From Dehalococcoidia bacterium (GTDB taxonomy: Bacteria > Chloroflexota > Dehalococcoidia > Lucifugimonadales > UBA3495): a stretch of 64,000 nt of DNA. A program made the position numbers and the translations under genes. The notes under the pieces were generated by a model. That model did no database searches. It worked only from the letters and a program-made list of their open reading frames with translations, and had not been told where the DNA came from. This document shows, piece by piece, positions 44,022 to 53,068 of this stretch (the stretch's first letter is position 1; the number at the start of each line of letters is the position of its first letter). The stretch lies in NCBI GenBank assembly GCA_022827095.1, contig JAJDTP010000021.1, forward strand, positions 130,771-194,770, in the 5' to 3' direction.

Positions 44022-44735
44022 CTACCTCCAGCGCCGCGACTCCAGCGCGCGGATCGAGAGGAACAGGAACAACGCGGTCACCGTGACAAAGTACACGATG
44101 TGCGTCGAATCGATGATCCCCCGGTCAAAGTCGTTGAAATGACTGGTGAAACCAAGTTGGTTGAATACCGTCGCCCAAACCCCGGTGACCACGTCGCCGA
44201 TAAACGACGTGGCGTACAGCACCACCAAAATCCCCGTTCCCACCACTGCGGCGATGATCTGGTTGCTGGTCAGCGTGGACGTCAGGATGCCCACGGACAG
44301 AGCCGCCATGCCGTACAGGATCAGCCCGATGTAGCCGGAGTAGATCGGCCCCGGGTCCGGTTTCGCAAACACCACCAGCAGGATTACATAATAGGAGGTC
44401 AGGAACAGCAGGAACAGCAGGAACACGAAGCTCGCCAGGTATTTGCCCAGGATCACTTCCCAGTCCCGCACCGGCGACGTCAACAGCAGTTCGATCGTTC
44501 CCAGCTTCTGCTCTTCCGCCAGCAGCCGCATCGTCAGCGCCGGCGCCAGGGGAATCAACAGGAAGGTCGCTCCCTGGAAGAAATTGCTCAGCGAAGCCTC
44601 GGGAAACGGATTTCCCAGGTCACGGACGAAAAAGAACCCGCTCAGCGCCATGAAGATCAGCGCCACAATGTACGCCACGGGGCTGCTGAAGTAGATCTGG
44701 ATTTCCTTGAACGCCACCGCGCGGATGGTTCGCAT
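44022..44735 (-). CDS. ABC-2 type transporter permease
   Basis: 237 aa with six hydrophobic segments. FKEIQIYFSSPVAYIV is typical of the family. Confidence 0.8.
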   Translation of the reverse strand: MRTIRAVAFKEIQIYFSSPVAYIVALIFMALSGFFFVRDLGNPFPEASLSNFFQGATFLLIPLAPALTMRLLAEEQKLGTIELLLTSPVRDWEVILGKYLASFVFLLFLLFLTSYYVILLVVFAKPDPGPIYSGYIGLILYGMAALSVGILTSTLTSNQIIAAVVGTGILVVLYATSFIGDVVTGVWATVFNQLGFTSHFNDFDRGIIDSTHIVYFVTVTALFLFLSIRALESRRWR

Positions 44736-44750
44736 TGTTATCCGGTCCGC

Positions 44751-45803
44751 CTACTCGACGTCGTCTTCCGCTGTTGTCACCCGCAGGAATATCTCCTCCA
44801 GGCTCATGCTGCTCATCTGCATACTCAGCAGACTCCACCCGTTGCTCACCACGGTGCGCGATATGTCGTCGCGCAGGTCCAAACCCTCTCGGAATTTCAC
44901 CCGGTAGGCGTTCACTCCCGGACGGGGATGATGAGTCACCTCGGTGGTACCTTCAATACCCCGCAGCACGGGCAGAACGTCCGCCGGCGGCCCGCCGATT
45001 TCAACCTCCAGCTGGGCCACGCCGCGCAGGTGCTGCGCCAGGTTGTTCGGCGTGTCGGCCGCCACGATGTGCCCCTCGTGGATAATCAAAACCCGCTCGC
45101 AGATCATGCTGACCTCCGGCAGGATATGGCTGCTCAGCACCACCGTCTGCTCCCGCCCCAGGTCCTGGATCAGGCTCCGAGTCTCAACCACCTGGATTGG
45201 ATCGATACCGATGGTGGGTTCGTCCAGCACCAGCACTTCCGGCTCGTGCAGGATCGCCTGCGCGATGCCCACCCGTTGCCGGAAACCCTTAGACAGCTTC
45301 CCGATGAGGGTCTTGCTGTAGTCCTCCAGGCGGCACACGTCGATCACATCGTCGATCCGACGGCGGATGTTCCGGCCGTTCATCCCCCGCAGCGTGCCCA
45401 TGTATTTCAGGTAGCTGGTCACCGTCATTTCGGTGTGCAGCGGCACCGATTCCGGCAGGTAACCGACCCGTTTGCGCACCTCCAGCGATTTCTCCACTAC
45501 GTCAAATCCGTCCAGCGTCACCGTGCCCCGCGTCGGCGGCATGAACCCCGTCAGGATCCGCATCGTGGTCGTCTTCCCTGCCCCGTTCGGACCCAGAAAT
45601 CCCAGGATCTCTCCCCGCCTGACCGTGAAGTTCACGTTCTCCACCGCCGGCATGGGCCCGTAGTAATGGGTCAGGTCGCGGACCTCGATCATCGCATCGA
45701 CGTCCGCCTCCTCAGTTGCCGGATCCAACTCCAGGTCAGCTTGGTTTTCAGCGTCTACGGCCATGGTCTTTCCGCCCACTGGGCTGGTGTTGCCAGCGTC
45801 CAT
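44751..45803 (-). CDS. ABC transporter ATP-binding protein
   Basis: GPNGAGKTTT, LSKGFRQRVGIAQAI and VLVLDEPTIGIDP. The true start may be an internal Met (45764 or further downstream). Confidence 0.88.
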   Translation of the reverse strand: MDAGNTSPVGGKTMAVDAENQADLELDPATEEADVDAMIEVRDLTHYYGPMPAVENVNFTVRRGEILGFLGPNGAGKTTTMRILTGFMPPTRGTVTLDGFDVVEKSLEVRKRVGYLPESVPLHTEMTVTSYLKYMGTLRGMNGRNIRRRIDDVIDVCRLEDYSKTLIGKLSKGFRQRVGIAQAILHEPEVLVLDEPTIGIDPIQVVETRSLIQDLGREQTVVLSSHILPEVSMICERVLIIHEGHIVAADTPNNLAQHLRGVAQLEVEIGGPPADVLPVLRGIEGTTEVTHHPRPGVNAYRVKFREGLDLRDDISRTVVSNGWSLLSMQMSSMSLEEIFLRVTTAEDDVE

Positions 45804-45998
45804 CCGAATTTACGGTTGGCTGGCATACGCTGACGCCGGGTCAACGGATTTGCGACCTCGGCGCCGATGGGTTGCGGCTGCGGATTTCACCCTTTGAATT
45901 AGCGTGGCGGCTATGATATTCTATGCGCCGCAATTTCACAAGACGGCGCGGCCCCGTCCTTACGGGGCTTATTTTATCGGCGGGGGCTCGGCAGCAGG

Positions 45999-46430
45999 AT
46001 GCACTTGATCATCGACGGTTTCGGCGGCGACCACGCCATGATGTGGGACACCGACCGCCTGCGATCCTTCCTCTATGAATACCCGGCCGCTTTGGGAATG
46101 ACCAGGATCACCGAGCCGGAAGTCCTCGAATACCACGGCCCGAAACCCGCCGACAACGGCATTTCCGGCTTCGTGATCATTGCGGAGAGCCACATCAGCG
46201 TCCACACCTTCCCGGAGCGGGACTACGTCAACATCGACGTCTTTTCCTGCAAGTCCTTCGACCACGAGCAGGCCCTCGCCGACGCACGCTCGCTGTTCGA
46301 CCTCCGCAGCGTGAAAACTTGGTTGCTGGATCGCGGCCTGGAATGGCTCGATGCGGACCAGGGCGCCCGCGAAACCCAGCGGCAACGCACCGTTCTCCAA
46401 ACCGCCGCCTCCGGCTCGCCCGTTGCCTGA
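45999..46430 (+). CDS. speD: S-adenosylmethionine decarboxylase proenzyme (small, SpeH/SpeD class 1)
   Basis: GFVIIAESHISVHTFPE contains the ES self-cleavage site, followed by DVFSC. Confidence 0.85.
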   Translation: MHLIIDGFGGDHAMMWDTDRLRSFLYEYPAALGMTRITEPEVLEYHGPKPADNGISGFVIIAESHISVHTFPERDYVNIDVFSCKSFDHEQALADARSLFDLRSVKTWLLDRGLEWLDADQGARETQRQRTVLQTAASGSPVA

Positions 46431-47322
46431 CCCGCAGATCCCGCCCGTCCCCTGGACGCCGACCAACTTCCTGGCGCTCCCGCCCGAGCAGTCCTCTCTG
46501 GATAGCGCGGCGGCCGTCCTCATCCCCGTCCCCATCGACAACACCACTTCCTTCCGCCCCGGCGCTCGACACGGCTCCGCCGCCATCATCGCCGCTTCCG
46601 CCGCATTGGAAGACTACGACCTCGAGCTGGACATCGACGTCGCCGAGTTGGGTATTTACACCTCGCCGCCCCTGGAGCCCCACGTCGGCGATCCCTATCA
46701 AATGGTGGAACGCGTTCGGGCGGCGGTTTCTCATTACGCTACCCAGGGTTCAGGCAAACTCACCGGCGTCATCGGTGGCGATCACTCGGCCAGCATCGGG
46801 TCAGCCTTTGCGCATCTCGATCAACGTCCGGATCTCTCCGTCCTGTACATTGATGCCCACGCCGATCTGCGCGACGCATACCAGGGAACCGCTTGGGGTC
46901 ACGGCTCCGGCGCGCGCCGCATCGCCGAGCGTTGTCCGATTTCGCTGGTCGGCGTGCGGACGCTGGCCTTGGAGGAACGGCAATACATCGACCACCACCA
47001 CATTCCCACCGCTTTCTGGCCGCCCCATGACCAAAGCGACTTGGATAACATAATCTCCGGCCTGCGCTCCGAGGTTTACGTCAGTATCGACCTGGATGTC
47101 CTGGATCCCGCCGAAATGCCTGCGGTGGGCACCCCTGAGCCGGGCGGTTTGCGCTGGTTGGAATTGACCGGTTTTCTCCAGCGCGTATGCCAGGATCGCC
47201 GTGTCGTCGGGTTCGACGTATGCGAACTCGCGCCCGATTTGGGCCTGCCTGCTCACTCGTACACTGCCGCCAAGCTCGTTTACAAGCTGATCGCCTACTC
47301 CCTCGCCCTCGGCCCTCGCTGA
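46423..47322 (+). CDS. speB: Agmatinase/arginase-family ureohydrolase
   Basis: GGDHS, IDAHADL and SIDLDVLDP (Mn-binding motifs). I chose the in-frame TTG at 46423 because the ORF-track ATG 46351 would overlap speD by 80 nt. Confidence 0.8.
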   Translation: MPDPQIPPVPWTPTNFLALPPEQSSLDSAAAVLIPVPIDNTTSFRPGARHGSAAIIAASAALEDYDLELDIDVAELGIYTSPPLEPHVGDPYQMVERVRAAVSHYATQGSGKLTGVIGGDHSASIGSAFAHLDQRPDLSVLYIDAHADLRDAYQGTAWGHGSGARRIAERCPISLVGVRTLALEERQYIDHHHIPTAFWPPHDQSDLDNIISGLRSEVYVSIDLDVLDPAEMPAVGTPEPGGLRWLELTGFLQRVCQDRRVVGFDVCELAPDLGLPAHSYTAAKLVYKLIAYSLALGPR

Positions 47323-47434
47323 ATCACCCCTAGGCCACGAGCCGTTCAGAATTGCCGCCGCCGCAGGGCTCTGGCAGGCGGTCCCCCGGGTTGAAATCCA
47401 TGACATAGTGCCGTAACGACGCCCAGAACGTGCG

Positions 47435-47443
47435 TGCTATACT
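47435..47443 (+). promoter_or_regulatory. Extended -10-like element (TGCTATACT) in a long non-coding region
   Basis: Same TGnTATAnT form as the elements upstream of tRNA-Gln and the FMN oxidase gene. No ORF follows for about 620 nt. Confidence 0.3.
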
Positions 47444-47996
47444 GGCTCTGCAGGCGAGAAATCCATACCCCGACCAGGTCTCAAGCGAATACGGCCACCC
47501 AGATCAGCATCGAAGTCGCTAAACGGCGTCAAGGGAGACTGTCTCTGATCATCTTACCCAGGGCAGTCGCTCGGCCACCGGGCCCGCCACAGCCCGCCGT
47601 GCCGTGGGCACGGACAATGAGAGCAAAAAACACAGCGCAAAACCCCCGGCCGTGGGGCTGATAACCGTTCCGAGACCTGGTCACCGCAAAATCGCCTGCT
47701 CAATCATTCGACCTAACCAGGAAGGATGCCTATCGAAACATCTTCATCCCTAGCGTCACGGGTCAACGGCCCTTCACCTGTCCGTTGACCCGGTTCGCCT
47801 GTCTGTATTTGGAGAACTGAATGGACCCACTACGATCAGTCGTCCATATCGTCTGGTCGCCGGCGAGCCTTGGCCCTGTCGGTGCGGATCTGGGGTCGTC
47901 GGATTTCCACGGGCGATACCTGAACGGTGCTGTCTGCCGGCGTCCCGGAGACCCGTCCGTTTCTTGACAATGCCGCCGGGCCAACCCTAGAATTCC

Positions 47997-48027
47997 GTCA
48001 TTCCGCGCGTTCGCGCGCCCCGGAATC
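47997..48027. repeat. Palindromic repeat family 2-like hairpin
   Basis: gtcattccgcgcgttcgcgcgccccggaatc, 36 nt upstream of the next start codon. Confidence 0.6.
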
Positions 48028-48062
48028 AGCCACCCGCGCCGGCCCGGCGCAAGGAGTTTCCC

Positions 48063-49256
48063 ATGCCAAACCAATGGCCCACTGTGCACTACAAAGAGGA
48101 GGGCATGCGAGAGGGCATGCAGATCGAGGACGCCAACATCGCCGTCGATGACAAGGTAGAGCTCCTCGATATGCTGTCCGAAACCGGCCTCACCAGCATC
48201 GTCGTTGGTTCCTTCGTCAGTCCCAGGTGGACCCCCCAGATGGAACGCATCGACGAGATCGTCACCAAGTTCACACCGAAGCTGGGCGTTACTTACAGCG
48301 CCCTCGCGCTGAACGCCCGCGGTGTGGAACGCGCCCGCGCCTACTCTCCGCCCCTGACCATCGAGCGCGACGCTTATCCGCGACTGTCCTGCCACCTTTG
48401 CGACGTGTTCGCCCGGCGGAACACCAACCGCAGCCAGATGCAGGAGATGGAGCGCTGGCCCGCCATCATCGCCCAGGCCCAGGAAATGGGCATCACCGAG
48501 GCCGGCATTGGCTGCAACGCCTCCTGGGGTTCCAACTTCCTCGGCGAGTTCGAAGTCGACACCCTGATGACCCTCTTCGAGTACCAGCACGGGCTGTGGG
48601 AGGAGGCCGGCATCGGCGTGCGCAGTTGCTCCATGGGTGACCCCATGAGTCATTGCACGCCGGCCAAGGTCGAGGAGAGCATTTCCCGCGTCAAGGAGCG
48701 CTGGCCGGAGATCGACCACTTCCGTCTACACCTGCACAATGGTCGCAATATGGCCATCGCCTCCGCCTACGCCGCCATGCGCGTCCTCGGCCCCGAGGAT
48801 ACCCTTGAGCTGGACGGCACCATCGGCGGTTTCGGCGGCTGCCCCTACTGCGGCAACGGTCGAGCCACCGGTATGGCCCCCACCGAAGACCTCCTCCACA
48901 TGATGGAAGATATGGGTATCCCAACCGGCGTGGATATCGACAAGCTCATCGAGTGTGTCTGGGCCGCCGAGCGCATCATCGGCCGCGAACTCTACGGGCA
49001 CGTCTCCAAGGCCGGCCCGCGCCCTCGCGCCAGCGCCGGCAATCTCTACGACATCAACATGCCCTTCGTGGAAACCCTGGAACAGGCGACCCACTTCAAG
49101 AAGGGCGAGCAGATGTACGAGGGCGGCCTCTACCCCTACCGCGAGCCCGTCACCAGCCCGTACCGCGACCGCATCGATCAGGGTCAGCCCGCATTCGGTG
49201 CCGGCCCGGACGAGTTCCCCTGGAACGAAGACTGGCTCCCCAAAGCCAGCAGCTAG
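48063..49256 (+). CDS. HMGL-like (DRE-TIM metallolyase) protein, HMG-CoA lyase / pyruvate carboxyltransferase family
   Basis: EGMREGMQIE, VGSFVSPRW.PQM and RLHLHNGRN. At 397 aa it is longer than canonical HMG-CoA lyases. Confidence 0.65.
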   Translation: MPNQWPTVHYKEEGMREGMQIEDANIAVDDKVELLDMLSETGLTSIVVGSFVSPRWTPQMERIDEIVTKFTPKLGVTYSALALNARGVERARAYSPPLTIERDAYPRLSCHLCDVFARRNTNRSQMQEMERWPAIIAQAQEMGITEAGIGCNASWGSNFLGEFEVDTLMTLFEYQHGLWEEAGIGVRSCSMGDPMSHCTPAKVEESISRVKERWPEIDHFRLHLHNGRNMAIASAYAAMRVLGPEDTLELDGTIGGFGGCPYCGNGRATGMAPTEDLLHMMEDMGIPTGVDIDKLIECVWAAERIIGRELYGHVSKAGPRPRASAGNLYDINMPFVETLEQATHFKKGEQMYEGGLYPYREPVTSPYRDRIDQGQPAFGAGPDEFPWNEDWLPKASS

Positions 49257-49279
49257 ACCGAGTTCGATTGGCAAAAATG

Positions 49280-49305
49280 AGGGGCGGGTTTTCGAACCCG
49301 CCCCT
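49280..49305. terminator. Bidirectional Rho-independent terminator
   Basis: aggggcgggtt-ttcg-aacccgcccct, flanked by aaaaat (a U-tract for the minus-strand operon) and gtttc. Confidence 0.75.
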
Positions 49306-49308
49306 GTT

Positions 49309-49578
49309 TCATTCGGCTGACCTGGAACCACTGCTCCAAGCGCTGGCCAGTACAGCCGCGGCGATGGCCAGGATCACCGTCGCGGCCGTGCCGTCATCCC
49401 GCAAATCATCCAGTGTATCTTTCATGCACTTCCATTCAATCGAACGCTCCTCAGTGGGCGCTTGGATCATATCGCCCAGACAGGAGAATGTGCCTGTCAC
49501 ATACGGCTCCAAATAAATCACTCCGGCCGAAAGCAAAATCGCCGTTCCAAACACCACCCTGATGCTGACCCGTTTCAC
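49309..49578 (-). CDS. Small hypothetical protein with two hydrophobic helices
   Basis: GTG 49578 within ORF 49309..49680. VVFGTAILLSAGVIYL ... TVILAIAAAVLASAW. Lower-GC region. Confidence 0.4.
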   Translation of the reverse strand: MKRVSIRVVFGTAILLSAGVIYLEPYVTGTFSCLGDMIQAPTEERSIEWKCMKDTLDDLRDDGTAATVILAIAAAVLASAWSSGSRSAE

Positions 49579-49618
49579 CTGGGAGAGTAGCCTTAATAGC
49601 CATTCATTAAGTCGGAGC

Positions 49619-49819
49619 CTAATTTTGACTGCCAATGTTCCCCCGGTTCGAGTCTTTGACGACTTTCGCCAGCCCGGCAATTAAACCCGTCACCAGACAC
49701 ACCGGCAAGTTCAGCGGTGGCATCCAACTCCATCCCGTTAGCTGCCCAACGATCACCCAAACCCCAAGAACGAGGAAGCCAACCCATAACCCCCGCAACG
49801 CCCCCTCTATCGCCAGCAT
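49619..49819 (-). CDS. Small (66 aa) 2-TM protein
   Basis: LWVGFLVLGVWVIVGQL and LPVCLVTGLIAGLA. The ATG overlaps the upstream Nudix gene stop by 13 nt. Confidence 0.45.
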   Translation of the reverse strand: MLAIEGALRGLWVGFLVLGVWVIVGQLTGWSWMPPLNLPVCLVTGLIAGLAKVVKDSNRGNIGSQN

Positions 49820-50619
49820 TTCTCATCCTCAAATGATTCGTTGCTGTTTGGTGGTCTCTTTTTACGGTAGATGTCAACGATTGGCGCGCCTTGTCCGCTG
49901 GGCGCCACAATGTAACGGTAGTTCCGGCCAACCAGTTGGAAGAAATTTCTGCTGGAAGCGCCATGGAGGTCTAATTTGCTCAGGTTCTTGACCACCCAGT
50001 CCGGAACGCGGCTCAAATCGCATTTGAAATAATCGTAGCCGCCTATACGCCCCCACCCTTGGATGCCTCCGACCTTTGACTCATCGGTATGTTGCATGAC
50101 TCCGGGCCGAGTGGACGATTGCAACGTTCCCTTGCAGGATTTGCAACGATAATGATTCTCATGAGGATATCTCCTCAGGGTTATCTCGCTGCTGTCGCAG
50201 TGCGGGCACAAACCAGGTGCTGGGCGTCCTTTCAATTCGGAGTGGTCTGCGCTCATTTTTTGCCAAGCGTCGATCGCTCGTCGGTCAGCCCCAAAAGCCA
50301 ATGGCGGCAAGTTGTTGTAGGCAAAAAACTTGGCATCCAGACATTCAGGACGTTTAGCCCTGAGGCGCCCTCCTTCGATCACACCGTAGAAAGTTTTGAT
50401 GGGGTTGCTGCGTCCAACCAGGACGGTGGAAACGACTTGAACTCGAAGGCCGGTCTCTTCGCGGGTTTCACGAATGACAGCGCGATGGCTGCGTTCCTTG
50501 TGATCGACGTGCCCGCCGGGCAAAGACCACTTGTACTTTTCCTTTCCGTAGCCTCGCTGCACGATCAGAACTTCGTTTGATTCATTTTCTACTAAACAGA
50601 ACGCTACTCGGCGGGGCAT
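49807..50619 (-). CDS. Nudix hydrolase fused to a C-terminal Zn-ribbon and an unassigned ~110-aa domain
   Basis: ATG 50619 is preceded by GGGAG. Nudix box GGHVDHKERSHRAVIRETREETGL. CPHC...CKSC ribbon. The C-terminal domain GGIQGWGRIGGYDYFKCDL... has no family I recognise. Confidence 0.75.
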   Translation of the reverse strand: MPRRVAFCLVENESNEVLIVQRGYGKEKYKWSLPGGHVDHKERSHRAVIRETREETGLRVQVVSTVLVGRSNPIKTFYGVIEGGRLRAKRPECLDAKFFAYNNLPPLAFGADRRAIDAWQKMSADHSELKGRPAPGLCPHCDSSEITLRRYPHENHYRCKSCKGTLQSSTRPGVMQHTDESKVGGIQGWGRIGGYDYFKCDLSRVPDWVVKNLSKLDLHGASSRNFFQLVGRNYRYIVAPSGQGAPIVDIYRKKRPPNSNESFEDEKCWR

Positions 50620-50712
50620 CTCAAGTCTCCCTTTGAGCACAAAGTGCTACCGGCGGCGGCCCGCAATCTGCGAACCGCCGCCAGCGTTTCACGTCAGGTG
50701 ACGAGAAGCGGC

Positions 50713-51702
50713 TTATGCCGACGCGCACGCCACGCTGATCACGTTCTGAGCCATGTCCGGCAATTGGTCGGACGACCACGAGGCCCCGCCGTCGTGGGTG
50801 CCGAACACCTGGCCCCGACGCGTGCAGAAGTAAACCTGCGACGGGTCCTGACGGTTTACCGCCACGCCAAACGTGGTGCTGCCCGGGTTGACGCCCGAAT
50901 CGAAACGCTCCCAGCTTTCGCCGAGGTTGGTCGTCCGCATCACGCCGCCCTGCTCGCTGCCAAAGTTCATGCCTACGCAGGCGTAAAGCGTGTTCGCGTC
51001 GCTGGGGTCACGCACCACGCCGCGCGAGTACTTGATGTCCGAGAACCGGTCGAATTCGCAGTCCTGCCAGGATGCTCCCCGGTCACCGCTCCGCCACACG
51101 CCCGTTCGGTTGGAGATCAGCACCGACTGCGAATCGGCGCCGCCGACGGCCACGCCGTGAAGGTCCAGCAGGTCAACGTCGCCGGCGAACTCGCTGTTGC
51201 GGATCGTCCACGTGTTGCCGCCGTCCGTGCTGCTCGCTGCCCCGCCCACTTCCAGGGCGGCGTACATGTTGTTGGGATTGCTGGCTTCGATGTCGATGCC
51301 CAGGATCCGCATGGCAAACGCCATCTGCACCTGTGCGGGGTTCGACACCGTCGCGATGTGCGCCCAGTTCTCTCCGCCGTCTTCGCTCTTGTACACCTCG
51401 GCGCCCTCGGTGCCCAGGAACATGATGTTGGAGTCGTTGGGATGGAACCGAATGGACCAGACCACCCGGCCCTCGGTCATGTTCATGCGCTGCCAATGGT
51501 CGCCGCCGTCGGTGCTCCGGTAGATGCCCCGCTGCGTTCCGCAAAAGATCGTTCGCGGGTCGTTCGGATGAATTGCGATTGCCCGCGCCTGCGTGGCGGG
51601 GGCAAGGCCATCGGTGAGGAGATCCCAGTGAGCATCGCCCGCCGTCTTCCGGTACAGTCCGCTGGCTTCCGCGCCAACGTAGACGATAGTGTTGCCTGCC
51701 AT
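50713..51702 (-). CDS. BNR/Asp-box repeat (Ycf48/sialidase-like beta-propeller) protein
   Basis: Six SxDxGxxW repeats: STDGGDHW, SEDGGENW, STDGGNTW, SGDRGASW, TNLGESW and THDGGASW. Confidence 0.8.
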   Translation of the reverse strand: MAGNTIVYVGAEASGLYRKTAGDAHWDLLTDGLAPATQARAIAIHPNDPRTIFCGTQRGIYRSTDGGDHWQRMNMTEGRVVWSIRFHPNDSNIMFLGTEGAEVYKSEDGGENWAHIATVSNPAQVQMAFAMRILGIDIEASNPNNMYAALEVGGAASSTDGGNTWTIRNSEFAGDVDLLDLHGVAVGGADSQSVLISNRTGVWRSGDRGASWQDCEFDRFSDIKYSRGVVRDPSDANTLYACVGMNFGSEQGGVMRTTNLGESWERFDSGVNPGSTTFGVAVNRQDPSQVYFCTRRGQVFGTHDGGASWSSDQLPDMAQNVISVACASA

Positions 51703-51810
51703 GATGCTGCCTCCTGCTTTTGTTGTGTCGGTTTGGTAGCCGTTGCCGCCATTTCAGCAGACCGAATGTAGGATGTCAAACCAGACACGACTTCATGCGT
51801 GCCCCGGCGC

Positions 51811-52557
51811 TCACTCCCCGGTGCGATGGGTCCCGGCCACAGCCAGCGTCAGGCACCAAACCGACGCGGCGCCGGCTTCCTTGAGCGCCCCAGCGCACGC
51901 ATTCAACGTGCTGCCGGTTGTCGCCACGTCGTCAACCAGGATGATTCCACGGCCATGCGTCTCGCTCGGTCGCAACACGACGACGCTGTCCGCGACGTTG
52001 GTCGCCCTGCTGGCCGCGTTGGTCATCCCGGCCTGGGGATCAACCTTGCGGGTTCGCGCCAACAGGTCGGCCCGGTACCCAATGTCGCAGCGTCCAGCCA
52101 CCCTACGGGCCAGCAATTCTGCCTGGTTGTAGCCACGCTCCCGCCGTCTGCTCTCGTGCATCGGCACCGGCGCCACCACGTCGCCCGGCAACGGATTCTC
52201 CTTCAGGTAGTCGGCGAGCATGTCGCCCAGTTGCGGCGCGGCAGCTTTGATGCCGCCGTATTTCAGGGCCAGGATCGAGTCGCGGATACTTCCTTCATAT
52301 CGGTACGGCGACCGCGCGCCGTCGAAGTGTCGACGCGACTGCGCGCATGCCCGACAAAGTTCGGTCTCGCTGTACGCCGCACAAACCCGGCAATATGGCG
52401 GAACCAATCGCGGCAACTCCTGAGCACACCGGTCGCAGATGATTTTGCCCGAGCCACCGCACCCGGCGCATTCCAATGGATACAGCGCATCCAACAGGGT
52501 CCGACCGGCCTGCTCGGCCAGGCCTCGCACCGGCGCCAGGCGACGCATCAGCGACAT
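51811..52557 (-). CDS. comF: ComF-family protein (double zinc ribbon plus phosphoribosyltransferase domain)
   Basis: CAGCG...CDRC...CRVC...CRAC followed by the PRTase motif IILVDDVATTGST. Confidence 0.8.
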   Translation of the reverse strand: MSLMRRLAPVRGLAEQAGRTLLDALYPLECAGCGGSGKIICDRCAQELPRLVPPYCRVCAAYSETELCRACAQSRRHFDGARSPYRYEGSIRDSILALKYGGIKAAAPQLGDMLADYLKENPLPGDVVAPVPMHESRRRERGYNQAELLARRVAGRCDIGYRADLLARTRKVDPQAGMTNAASRATNVADSVVVLRPSETHGRGIILVDDVATTGSTLNACAGALKEAGAASVWCLTLAVAGTHRTGE

Positions 52558-52567
52558 CGCCGTGATC

Positions 52568-53068
52568 TCACGAGCGTTCGTGTCGAATGCGTTGCCACCG
52601 CCTTAGAATCTGCTCGTCTCTGGGAAAAGCCAGTGGCGGCAGGTCGTCCAGCGCGAAAAACCCCACGTCCAAGGACTCGGGCCCCGGCGCCAGCACGCCG
52701 CCGACTTCGGTCGCCGCGTATGCTGCTACCACCACGGGGTTGCCCACATCCGAGAAAAGCCCGATCAGTTGCCCGATCTCGACCAGAAGGCCCGCCTCTT
52801 CTTCCACTTCCCGTGCCGCCGCCGTTTCCACCGGTTCCCCCCGGTCAACATAACCGCCCGGCATACTCCACAGCCCGTAGCCGGTCTGCACCGCCCGCCT
52901 CACCATCAGCGTCTTGCCATCCCGTTCAATGACGCACGCGGCCGCCAGTTTGGGATCGTAGTAGACCACCCGCCCACACTTGGGACACACCGGCCGCTCA
53001 CGACCCTCGTGCTCTCTCAAAGCCAGCCGAGCCCCGCATCCGGCGCAGAACGTGTCGTTACTGGTCAT
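52568..53068 (-). CDS. Nudix hydrolase with N-terminal Zn-ribbon
   Basis: ATG 53068. FCAGCG...CPKCG ribbon, and Nudix box GGYVDRGEPVETAAAREVEEEAGL. Confidence 0.8.
   Translation of the reverse strand: MTSNDTFCAGCGARLALREHEGRERPVCPKCGRVVYYDPKLAAACVIERDGKTLMVRRAVQTGYGLWSMPGGYVDRGEPVETAAAREVEEEAGLLVEIGQLIGLFSDVGNPVVVAAYAATEVGGVLAPGPESLDVGFFALDDLPPLAFPRDEQILRRWQRIRHERS

Noticed and set aside
46351-46422. ATG 46351 as the agmatinase start.
   Set aside because: It would overlap speD by 80 nt and add a Pro/Ala-rich N-terminal extension. An in-frame TTG at 46423, overlapping the speD stop, fits better. The start remains uncertain.
47434-47661. A 75-aa ORF and a 48-aa ATG ORF (47821..47967) in the long intergenic region.
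   Set aside because: There is no RBS. The composition is Arg/Pro-rich and non-protein-like. They overlap the hairpin-rich segment, which is better explained as RNA or regulatory sequence.
47450-47700. Assigning the structured region to a known RNA class (cobalamin, TPP or ZTP riboswitch, SRP RNA, 6S RNA, tmRNA).
   Set aside because: I saw only short partial resemblances (for example GGCGAGAAAUCC, CCACCGGG). The core conserved boxes of these families are not present by eye, and this needs Infernal/Rfam to settle.
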